NCBI GenBank assembly: GCA_963702025.1
Contig: OY969699.1
Coordinates: 512,001-576,000, forward strand
Reading direction: 5' to 3'
DNA length: 64,000 nucleotides
Source of the DNA: an uncultured bacterium
Lineage (GTDB): Bacteria > Babelota > Babeliae > Babelales > Vermiphilaceae
This document shows positions 40,323 to 49,042 of this stretch, piece by piece. Numbering within the stretch: the stretch's first letter is position 1; the number at the start of each line of letters is the position of its first letter. The translations under genes were made by a program, and so were the position numbers. The notes below the pieces were generated by a model. It searched no databases and was not told the DNA's origin. It saw nothing but the letters and a program-made list of their open reading frames with translations.

Positions 40323-40435
40323 GAATCAATTTTACCTTTCTTTTAGGCTATTGTCTTGTTTTTATTAAAATCATTGAATAAAAAGGAGTAACTCATCTAT
40401 AATTACAAGTAGAGTTAAACAATTGAGGAATAATA

Positions 40436-42049
40436 ATGTGGTATCTTAGACTGTTTTTTGTCGCGATAAGCATTTTTGCCGGTGGCCATCTTGGTGCCAT
40501 GAAAAGGGTTGCTGAGCAAGAGACTGCCGTGGAAAAAAAGCAGAAAATAGATATAAATGCTATTAAAAATCAGCTTGAAAAAGTAATCTTTGAAAAATAC
40601 TCTGATTACTTCTTACCCGAAATTGAACAGCATTTTACGCAAATCAAAGAAACTATTTTAGCGGATATACCAGCTTTACAAAATCCAATTATTATTAAAC
40701 AATTGTTATCATTGCCTTTAAATCCCTTGATAAAAAAATTCTTAGAACTCCTTCAAATATGCATTGGTTCTAGTGTTGAGAGCCAGTTTATTATTATTAT
40801 CGATGCAAATGGCAAAGAACAATTTTTACCAAAAAATATTGCATTGCAAGCAAACACCATAAAGGATCTCTATGAGGCAGCACTAAAAGGAGAGTGTGAA
40901 ATTGGGTTTGAAGGGACTCCCAATATTCCCATAAAAGCAATTTCACCGGGACTCCTTGGATTTATTGCAAATTTTATGACAGCTAGAGCAGGAAATGAAC
41001 ATCAATTTCGACGAGAATTTTTTGACAACTATTTGAACGATATAAAAGCATCTAAGCCTGGATTTTTACCTTTTATTAATGAAAAATTCTTGATCAATCT
41101 CTTGGAAGCAGGAAATTTTTTAGATTTTAGATTATTAATGGAATTTGCTTCATATCTTTTGGTTGATACTTTTCTTAAAAATTTGAAGCATCCTTCCCAA
41201 TATCCTGCGATTCCGGGCTTTGTAGATGAAGAAGATGAAGAGGAATTAAAAAATCAATATGAATCAATTGCATTAGAAAAATTTTCAGAAAACTTACCGG
41301 CACATGCGCGGGAAGTATTTTTATTTGTTGCTCAAATGGTTGGCTTGGAATATCTAAATTACTTTGTTCTGGATAAATATTCATTCAAGGTGGATATTCC
41401 AGTATCACTCAAAGATATTTTTGAGTATCTTCCACAATATTGGGAGCAGCTAGCTATTGAATCCAGGCGCAATGAGGGGCGTGAATATCTGTATTTAGAC
41501 CTGCAAGGCTTATTTATTTCAAGTTTAGATGGCATTAATTTAAAATTTACCGATGCGCAGTTAAAGCAAGTTACCTGGCTTGATTTGCATGTTAATTCAT
41601 TTGTGTTGGATGCTCATCTCCTTCAAAAATTTCCCCAACTACAAATATTGGATCTTTCAGCAAATCGCCTTGAAAAAATAGATGCCGATAGTTTTAGTAA
41701 TACGCATGAGTTAACGGATCTCTTGTTATCGGGTAATGATAATCTCCGTTATATAGATCCTAAAGCCTTTTTAAATACACCACGTTTAGCGGTTCTTAAT
41801 ATTACTAACTTGGCGATAACTGCTGAAAATATTCAAGAAATTAAAGATGCGGTGACGCAAGCATGGATTTTGCTGCAATGGGGCCAACCGCATTTAAAGT
41901 CGAAACCAAAGTTTGTTGAGATCGTAAAAAAGCGGGCGCCGGAATTATTGGTGATAACAGAACCGATAGTGCCGGCTCAGGCACCCGGAGAGGAAGCGGA
42001 AGAGCAAGAAGATATAGAAATATTTGAAGGCTTTGAAGCGCAATTATGA
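40436..42049 (+). CDS. Secreted Skp1/BTB-like + leucine-rich-repeat protein
   Basis: IALQANTIKDL, LLEAGNFLDF Skp1-like segments; LxxLDLSxN LRRs; KR..KKQK. Confidence 0.78.
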   Translation: MWYLRLFFVAISIFAGGHLGAMKRVAEQETAVEKKQKIDINAIKNQLEKVIFEKYSDYFLPEIEQHFTQIKETILADIPALQNPIIIKQLLSLPLNPLIKKFLELLQICIGSSVESQFIIIIDANGKEQFLPKNIALQANTIKDLYEAALKGECEIGFEGTPNIPIKAISPGLLGFIANFMTARAGNEHQFRREFFDNYLNDIKASKPGFLPFINEKFLINLLEAGNFLDFRLLMEFASYLLVDTFLKNLKHPSQYPAIPGFVDEEDEEELKNQYESIALEKFSENLPAHAREVFLFVAQMVGLEYLNYFVLDKYSFKVDIPVSLKDIFEYLPQYWEQLAIESRRNEGREYLYLDLQGLFISSLDGINLKFTDAQLKQVTWLDLHVNSFVLDAHLLQKFPQLQILDLSANRLEKIDADSFSNTHELTDLLLSGNDNLRYIDPKAFLNTPRLAVLNITNLAITAENIQEIKDAVTQAWILLQWGQPHLKSKPKFVEIVKKRAPELLVITEPIVPAQAPGEEAEEQEDIEIFEGFEAQL

Positions 42050-42068
42050 AAAATGCAAAAGGGGAAAA

Positions 42069-43514
42069 ATGATGAAAAATTATTTTAAAAGGTTCGGTAA
42101 AAAAATCGGTACAATGTTAGTTCTGATAAATTTTCTTACCGCCAACGATCTTCTGGCAATGAAAAGATCGGCTGAAGAAGTTGCGCGTGCAAAGAAACAA
42201 AAAATTGCTGCCGTTGAAGCCGCGGGAGAAACGATTACCATCGTTGATGAGAATTGCAAAGAGATCTTGCTGCCAAAAAAAATTGCTTTGCAAGCCATAA
42301 CCATCAAAAATCTTTATGAAACAGCAAGGGAGGAAGGGTGCAATGAAATTACTCTCCCATCAATTTCTGCCGAGCAACTTGCTTTGATTGCTGATTTTAT
42401 GTGGCATAGATCAAACTATGAGCATAAATTTCGATTGCCGCTGTTTGAAGATTATATCAAACAAAGCGAGAGGAATGCTTCTTTCCAAAAATTATTAAAC
42501 GATAAAGATTCACTCGTCAGCTTGTTAAAAGTAGGTAATTTTTTACAGTTTCGGTTATTTATGGAATTTGTGGCCTATCAAATTGTTAAAAAGTTTTTGC
42601 CGACTATTATTGAGGAAGATGAGAATATACTTGCGGTAATTGTTCAGATAAAAAAGATAGTAGAAGAGATGGCAGAAAATTTGCCGCCACGAGCAGCAGA
42701 AGTACTTCGTTTTGTGAGTGAAATGATTGAAATGAAGTATATTGATTATAAAGACGGTAAATTAATGGTGGCTCCAGTCATATTTTCCCAGTATGAAATT
42801 CCCGTATCCCTGCAAGATATATTCGAATATCATCCCAATTACTTTGATGAGTTAAAAGTGACTGTTGATAAAAAGACTAACTTGGAATTGGAATTAGAAT
42901 ATCAGTGGTTAACTAGTCTCGAAGGTATTACTACGAAATTTAATGCCAAACAGAGAGCCTCAGTTGCAATTCTGTATTTGGATGGGAATGCTATTCACAT
43001 ACTTACTCGGTATATTTTAAAAGATTTTCCAAATCTTAAAGGGATTGGTATTCGAAAAAACGGTTTAAGAGAGATTGCTCCCGATGCGTTTGCCAGTACA
43101 CCTTCCTTGAAGACTATTGATCTGTCAGAAAATCCTGATCTCACCTTTATTGATCCGGCCGTCTTTTTATACACACCAAACTTGATTCGCCTCTATATTG
43201 ACGCCTTAAAACTAAAGCCGGCTAATATACAGGCAATAAAAGATGCAGTGCAAACAGCGTGGAAAGATGTAACGGTAAAAAAAGCGTGGATAGCAAATGG
43301 AAAACCACCCTATATAAAACCTTCACAAGAATTTAGAAAAAAAATTCTTGAAAAATATCAAGGGAGAATATCTGAATTGCAGATATTCGAGAAATATCCT
43401 CAAGAAGAATTGCAAGAGATGGAATCTTCGCAAGAAGAAATAACTTCTGAGTCGCAAGAATTAGGTTCTGAAGAAATTAGCTCCGAGACAGAAACCTCAG
43501 AATCGGAAGAATGA
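42069..43514 (+). CDS. Secreted Skp1/BTB-like + LRR protein (paralog of 40436)
   Basis: IALQAITIKNL, LPSISAEQL, LLKVGNFLQF; LRRs; acidic S/E tail. Confidence 0.78.
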   Translation: MMKNYFKRFGKKIGTMLVLINFLTANDLLAMKRSAEEVARAKKQKIAAVEAAGETITIVDENCKEILLPKKIALQAITIKNLYETAREEGCNEITLPSISAEQLALIADFMWHRSNYEHKFRLPLFEDYIKQSERNASFQKLLNDKDSLVSLLKVGNFLQFRLFMEFVAYQIVKKFLPTIIEEDENILAVIVQIKKIVEEMAENLPPRAAEVLRFVSEMIEMKYIDYKDGKLMVAPVIFSQYEIPVSLQDIFEYHPNYFDELKVTVDKKTNLELELEYQWLTSLEGITTKFNAKQRASVAILYLDGNAIHILTRYILKDFPNLKGIGIRKNGLREIAPDAFASTPSLKTIDLSENPDLTFIDPAVFLYTPNLIRLYIDALKLKPANIQAIKDAVQTAWKDVTVKKAWIANGKPPYIKPSQEFRKKILEKYQGRISELQIFEKYPQEELQEMESSQEEITSESQELGSEEISSETETSESEE

Positions 43515-43563
43515 GGATTTTAGTGGATTTTAGAATTTTAAAAAATAAAAAAAGGAGAAACTC

Positions 43564-43749
43564 ATGAAGAGTTATTTTAAAAGAGCAGGAAAAAAAATCG
43601 GTGAGGCGCATGAGCGTATGCAAGATTATTGGAAACGGCTTATGAATCACTCAAAAACGGTAAAAATGTCTGAGGGCTCACAAGAAGTTAATAAAATTAT
43701 TACGTCGGCCCATGGCGACCAATGGCGGCGTGGTAACAAGAAAAAATAA
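43564..43749 (+). CDS. Small hypothetical protein sharing its first 13 codons with 42072
   Basis: AAGGAG RBS; MKSYFKRAGKKIG vs MKNYFKRFGKKIG. Confidence 0.5.
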   Translation: MKSYFKRAGKKIGEAHERMQDYWKRLMNHSKTVKMSEGSQEVNKIITSAHGDQWRRGNKKK

Positions 43750-43750
43750 T

Positions 43751-45208
43751 TTATTTTTTCAACGGAATGCCAATCTTTGCGCGCGTTGAGAAACTGTTAT
43801 TCGAAGAATTTTTGATTCGCTTAAGAGCATGCAGCGTTCTTTCGCGAATTATTTTTTCTAGCTTTTCTTTTTCTTTCAATTTTTGCAATATCGGATCAGT
43901 TCTTTTATCGTCCTTATTGTATTCCATATCAAATGTAATAGTTGTTTTTTGCTGATGATCTTTTAATAACTTCGCGCATGAAGCAATAGTCTGAACGGTA
44001 AATTTGTTCTTGCAAAGATTAAGGCATGCTAAATTATGAGGTAATAAGGTTAAATTTGATAAATCAGTATCTTGTAGATTTAAATTACTCAAATTTATAT
44101 TAGTGATTGTATCAAAATCATATGTTTTATTGCCAAATGCATACGTGCGATGGAGTGCATTGAGCGCTGTATCCTTTTTTGTTTCTTCATAACTTGGTTG
44201 TGTGTATTTTATTGATGACCGAGTAATGATTATATCCCCTTCATTGGTGGTATTGTAAACCGGTGTTTGGGTGAGGCCCACGGCATAACCGTCGTTGTAC
44301 TTTATGATTGGCTTAAAAACTTTTTTGTCCGCCGTGGTAATTTCTTCCTTCTTTCCGTCGAAATAATTCACCATGTGGGGCTTCATGAGAATAGTCTTTC
44401 TCTTCAGGTGATCCACTGAATGGATAATGGGAAGTGCGCGAGGATGATGAAGTTTGCCTCCATACATTCCTGCGCTCACCACAATATAACTAGGGTTAAT
44501 TTTTTCAAGAAGTTCAGCGGTGGTGCATCCATGAGTCTCTGCGCCGTGATGGCTTAATACAACCACTTCAGATGCTAAATCTTCTGCTTTTAAATTCTCA
44601 GTAATTTTTTTTGTTGCATCGCCAAGCAAAAGACAGGAAAAAGTACCATCAGCTACCCGAACCACAATGCTATTATCATTTGATTCTTTATTTTTCGTTT
44701 CGGCTGCAAGAATCGAACAATAATCGGGTAAATGTGTTTTGCAAAATTCTTTAAATTCTTTGATTCCCTTACGATATTCAAATGATGAACAGTTTTCTTC
44801 AAGTTCTTTAAATGATTGTCCAAAGTCTTTATTTTCATAATGTGCTCGGCGGCCGCCCAATATTACTTTGAGTTCATATTTTTTCTGCAAACATCTTTGG
44901 GCGAATTCAGTTATCAGATTACAATGATCTTGATCCGAATGGCTTGCAATAATGATCAACTCTTTAGAGTCTGCTTTTTCCAGTGCCTGTAATGCGCGCT
45001 TAATAATATTTTCTTTATTTTTTTTGGGGCTTTCTTCTCCTGCCGATTGAGAAGTGCCCAAATCAATAAGCATAGAGGGCTTATTGGGGAAAGTAATCAA
45101 TGTTCCGTTTCCTTGGCCCACGTTAAATAAGGTGACTGTCATGCCAAAAAGAGGCAAATAGCCGGTTAAAAGAAAGGTATAAAAAAGAAATTTTCTTAAG
45201 AAACTCAT
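43751..45208 (-). CDS. Secreted ComEC/Rec2-type MBL-fold hydrolase with C-terminal LRR-like tail
   Basis: NVGQGN, IDLG, SHSDQDH, NDNS, LGDA, SHHG, HP motifs; LSNLNL/LNLCKN repeats. Confidence 0.82.
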   Translation of the reverse strand: MSFLRKFLFYTFLLTGYLPLFGMTVTLFNVGQGNGTLITFPNKPSMLIDLGTSQSAGEESPKKNKENIIKRALQALEKADSKELIIIASHSDQDHCNLITEFAQRCLQKKYELKVILGGRRAHYENKDFGQSFKELEENCSSFEYRKGIKEFKEFCKTHLPDYCSILAAETKNKESNDNSIVVRVADGTFSCLLLGDATKKITENLKAEDLASEVVVLSHHGAETHGCTTAELLEKINPSYIVVSAGMYGGKLHHPRALPIIHSVDHLKRKTILMKPHMVNYFDGKKEEITTADKKVFKPIIKYNDGYAVGLTQTPVYNTTNEGDIIITRSSIKYTQPSYEETKKDTALNALHRTYAFGNKTYDFDTITNINLSNLNLQDTDLSNLTLLPHNLACLNLCKNKFTVQTIASCAKLLKDHQQKTTITFDMEYNKDDKRTDPILQKLKEKEKLEKIIRERTLHALKRIKNSSNNSFSTRAKIGIPLKK

Positions 45209-45452
45209 AATTCTCCATTTAATTTGAATTTATAGGTTCATTCACACTATTTAATATAAATAATATCACAAATTTAAATAAATTCAATTAGAAAAGGTAT
45301 GGGTTTAAAAATAGATAAAATGAGGCATTCTTAGCTTCGTTGAACCCATTTCAGGCTCGAAAAATTTAAAAAATAGCCAAAAACCTTAAAATTGTAGTGA
45401 AATTTAGCATCATTATGGGTATTCGAATAGTTAAATCAAAAAGGGTTTAGTT

Positions 45453-46118
45453 ATGAAAAAGTTATTGCTTCTTTTTCCCCAATATATTGGTTTCACGATT
45501 ATTATATCTCTTTCAACACCTTCAGTTTTTTCTACAACACCCGAGCAGAACTTGATAAAAATAGCCAAAATAAATCCAGCAATTAAGACGCAGATCTATT
45601 ATGCTACTGACCAAAATTTTACCGGCCAGGTTATTTATACATCATCAAAATGTTACGTGCGCAAAGGGGTTGCGCAAGCGCTCGATGCGGTACAAAAAGA
45701 GTTGGCAGCAAAAAAATTGGGCTTAAAAATTTGGGATGGTTACCGGCCCGTTGTGGCACAACAAAAATTGTGGGATGTTTGCGCCAAGCAATATCCGAAT
45801 GAAAAAGAACGTGAAAATTATGTGGGCAATCCAAAGAAGGGCGGACGCCATACGCGGGGCACCGCCGTTGACGTTACTTTGATTGATTTGGAAACGGGCA
45901 AAGAATTACCGATGCCAACCAAATTTGATCACTTTGGCCCCGAAGCATGGCGCAGTTATGATAAATTGCCACAAGAAGTTAAGAATAATCGCACATTGTT
46001 AGAAGAAGTGATGACCAAGCATGGATTTAAGGGCTTGGAAAGTGAATGGTGGCATTTTGATTTTAATGGATGGGAAAAATGTCCAGTACTCAACATTGAT
46101 TTTGAAGAACTGGATTAA
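45453..46118 (+). CDS. ddpX: D-Ala-D-Ala dipeptidase (M15, VanX/DdpX)
   Basis: WDGYRP, H.RGTAVD, EWWHF motifs. Confidence 0.9.
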   Translation: MKKLLLLFPQYIGFTIIISLSTPSVFSTTPEQNLIKIAKINPAIKTQIYYATDQNFTGQVIYTSSKCYVRKGVAQALDAVQKELAAKKLGLKIWDGYRPVVAQQKLWDVCAKQYPNEKERENYVGNPKKGGRHTRGTAVDVTLIDLETGKELPMPTKFDHFGPEAWRSYDKLPQEVKNNRTLLEEVMTKHGFKGLESEWWHFDFNGWEKCPVLNIDFEELD

Positions 46119-46268
46119 GAGCAACAAGCAACAGCTGTAATATTTCCATTTGAATAATTTGCAATTAATAAAGTTATTTTACCTTGTAAATTGTCTTTTT
46201 TGCCAAAGTAAGTATACTAGATCTTAACTGTGTAATAGGCAGTGCATAAAGTTAAATTAGCTAAAAAT

Positions 46269-46375
46269 CTGTTCGAGTGATTTCGAAGAAATCGTATCGA
46301 ACCATGTTCCTTAGAAAAAATAATCAAATTACCCTTCGATACGCCGCTCTCCGAGCGGCACTCAGGGCGAACGGG
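46269..46375. repeat. Palindromic element pair (left flank of hydrolase gene)
   Basis: gagtgatttcgaagaaatcgtatcgaacca..cccttcgatacgc..actcagggcgaacggg. Confidence 0.85.
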
Positions 46376-46387
46376 CTAGGTATTTAA

Positions 46388-47551
46388 ATGGAGAAAATCA
46401 AGATGTCTTACATATTTTCTATTAGGCATATCTTAATCGTAACATTACTGTGTGGCGTAGCAACTTTTTTTGGTTACTCAATTTTGCAAAATCTATCAAA
46501 CCAAGAAAAGAGTTTGTCGGATCAAGATTTTTTTAATGTTAAATCTACTAATAATGCTTCGTATATTTATGCGCCCGGCATGATGGGTACTGAAATCTTG
46601 ATGGGACGCTATTGTCCAAATTATGTGGCATCCACGGGCGAAAAAATTTCTTGGAAATCCGGCGGGCATGTGATAGGGCATCCTCATACCGGTGTTATTT
46701 TTGCCGAAATAGATTTAAGAAAGCCAAATGATTTTACCTTAAATCCAATACGGGCAATCATTAATAATTTACGCTGCGATCTTATGCCATTTATTCAACG
46801 AATGTTTCAAGATCTCTGTGATTTTACCGTTGAAGATAATCCACATTCAGATAAATCGGTTGTTGGCTATAGTTTTGATTTTAGCAAAGCTAATTTAGGA
46901 CAACGTAAGGATATTCAAGCATTATGCAAAACCTACAAGGAGCATATTAAAAAATATCCTCAAACTGATGTTGTTTTATTTGGCGATTCCAGAGGCGCGG
47001 CAACTATTTTTAATTTCCTTGCTTGTCATAAGCCGAAACAAGTAAAGGCTGCTGTGCTTGATGGTATTTTTGATAGTGTTCCCCATTGCATTAAGCATTT
47101 TATCTACAATGATAAAGAAAAGCGAACCGAACAAAGATTGCATGATATTGTCAGTTTTGTGATGGGAAGTTATAGCAAGAATGGGCCGTTCCCCCGTGAT
47201 TATGCTGAAAAAATAGCCGATGATGTCCCATTGCTCTTTGTTACATCATTAAAAGATGGGCTTGTTTGCCCGCAATGCACAATGTATTTGTATAATCGGC
47301 TCAAAGAGCGAGGATTCAAAAAAATCCATATATTGGTGCTTAAAAAGTCACTTCATCCATGCTATATGATAGGTGATCCGGAAGATAGAAAGACTTATGA
47401 GGCAGTTGTTCACGCATTTTATAAACAGTATGGATTGCCGCATAATGCTCTGAAAGCTGCCGAAGGCCATCAAGCATTTCTTGCAACACAACCTTCAATC
47501 GAAGAATTGCGGCAGACATATCAGCTATCAACATGCGAATTATGTAAATAG
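46388..47551 (+). CDS. Alpha/beta hydrolase with N-terminal anchor
   Basis: GDSRG elbow, LDGIFD, KD..V, H; VHAFYKQYGLPHN tail shared with 20039. Confidence 0.8.
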   Translation: MEKIKMSYIFSIRHILIVTLLCGVATFFGYSILQNLSNQEKSLSDQDFFNVKSTNNASYIYAPGMMGTEILMGRYCPNYVASTGEKISWKSGGHVIGHPHTGVIFAEIDLRKPNDFTLNPIRAIINNLRCDLMPFIQRMFQDLCDFTVEDNPHSDKSVVGYSFDFSKANLGQRKDIQALCKTYKEHIKKYPQTDVVLFGDSRGAATIFNFLACHKPKQVKAAVLDGIFDSVPHCIKHFIYNDKEKRTEQRLHDIVSFVMGSYSKNGPFPRDYAEKIADDVPLLFVTSLKDGLVCPQCTMYLYNRLKERGFKKIHILVLKKSLHPCYMIGDPEDRKTYEAVVHAFYKQYGLPHNALKAAEGHQAFLATQPSIEELRQTYQLSTCELCK

Positions 47552-47579
47552 ACCTTATGCATAATGAATTCGTCAGAAA

Positions 47580-47688
47580 CCGTTCGTGGTGAGTGATTTC
47601 GAAGAAATCGTATCGAACCATAATTTGAAAAATTTAAATTATAAATACCCTTCGATACGCTCTTCGAGCGGCACTCAGGGCGAACGGG
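47580..47688. repeat. Palindromic element pair (right flank of hydrolase gene)
   Basis: ccgttcgtggtgagtgatttcgaagaaatcgtatcgaacca..cccttcgatacgc..actcagggcgaacggg. Confidence 0.88.
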
Positions 47689-47700
47689 TAATGGTTTTTT

Positions 47701-48288
47701 TTACTTAAGCTCTTTTATCAGTGCAAGCTTATCGCTGTTGTAACCAAGATTCCAGTAAAAACGATCAACTTCACTGCGGCTATGTTGAACATGAATTCTG
47801 CGGCAGCCACTTATTTTAAGTGAGCATTCAATTTTATCCATGACTAATTTATGTGCTGGCAAAATGATTGCCTGTTGCTCTTTAGTGGAACTTTGCGCTA
47901 TCGCAGCTAACCCTGATGCATCAATAAATCCTTCTTTTTGATTGTTTTTAGGATTTATATTATGACTAAAAGCTGTTGAGGCTAAAAGAAAACCACCATC
48001 ATTAATAAATCCGGCCAAATATTTTTTTGCTGACAAATGAGTGAACAGATAGATCTTGCCTTTTTGCTTGTTTCCTGAAACTTCAAAAGTAACGTCCTCA
48101 TCTTGGCTGGATGCATTGCGCCATTCTTCGGGAACAATAAAACCTTTAGCCATAATGGTATGGAAGTAATTTGATAGAATTGTTTTAAGAGCAAGTTCCT
48201 GGGTGATTGGCGCATTTTCCATGGCATGAATTGTTTGATAGCAGGTGGCCATAAATATTATTGTGTAATAAAAATTGTTACGTTTCAT
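47701..48288 (-). CDS. Secreted protein, degenerate GNAT-like (paralog pair)
   Basis: Signal peptide ..IHAMEN; NPKNNQKEGFI, KIECSL..GC, FY..LGY. Confidence 0.6.
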   Translation of the reverse strand: MKRNNFYYTIIFMATCYQTIHAMENAPITQELALKTILSNYFHTIMAKGFIVPEEWRNASSQDEDVTFEVSGNKQKGKIYLFTHLSAKKYLAGFINDGGFLLASTAFSHNINPKNNQKEGFIDASGLAAIAQSSTKEQQAIILPAHKLVMDKIECSLKISGCRRIHVQHSRSEVDRFYWNLGYNSDKLALIKELK

Positions 48289-48941
48289 ATTTTTTCATCC
48301 GTAAGTTCTTTTATATTATTTTTATATCCACAGTATTTATAGAACGAGTCTGTTTCTATACGGCTGCAGGCAATACGCACATTCTTACAGCCATTTTTTT
48401 GTAATGAATTTTCAATTTTATTAAGTAAAGTAATATTCGCACCTTCGATATCTTTGCGTGTTTCTTGCGATGCGTATTGCATGGCTTCTCTTAAGTAGGC
48501 AATGCGGGTGATAAATCCTTCTTTTTGATCAGTTTTGGGATTGTGGTAATGGCAATAACGAATATATGCAAAGATCCGTCCATCCTTTCCTACGAGACTA
48601 CTTATATATTTTGTACGTACTGCTTTTGAACTGCCCAATGTGTCACTTTCGCTATCGGAATCTGATTCATTTTGATTTGGCGCAGAGTAAATATATATTT
48701 TTCCATTTACAGTATTTTCTTCTTCCACTTGTGCGGTTTGCCATTTTTTCATATGAGGAATTTCAGGAAATTCTTCATTTTCGGCCCACTGCACCCAAGG
48801 ATGTTTTCTCAGTGATGCCTTAAGAACTAATTCAGCAGTAAATTCAATTTTTTCTTTGACCTCATCCTTATTCATTGCACCATTTGAACAACTCATAATA
48901 ATAAGAATGAGCGCACAAAAAAAATGTGCATGCTTCATCAC
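48285..48941 (-). CDS. Secreted protein, degenerate GNAT-like (paralog pair)
   Basis: Signal peptide ..NGAMNK; NPKTDQKEGFI, KIENSL..GC, FY..CGY. Confidence 0.6.
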   Translation of the reverse strand: MMKHAHFFCALILIIMSCSNGAMNKDEVKEKIEFTAELVLKASLRKHPWVQWAENEEFPEIPHMKKWQTAQVEEENTVNGKIYIYSAPNQNESDSDSESDTLGSSKAVRTKYISSLVGKDGRIFAYIRYCHYHNPKTDQKEGFITRIAYLREAMQYASQETRKDIEGANITLLNKIENSLQKNGCKNVRIACSRIETDSFYKYCGYKNNIKELTDEKI

Positions 48942-49042
48942 GGTCCCCTTGTTTTAAAAATCAATGTTTTCATCATGATAAGATGCATACACCTTTTTTT
49001 GCAAATATGGTATGCATAAAGTAACAAAAAAAGGAGTAGCGC

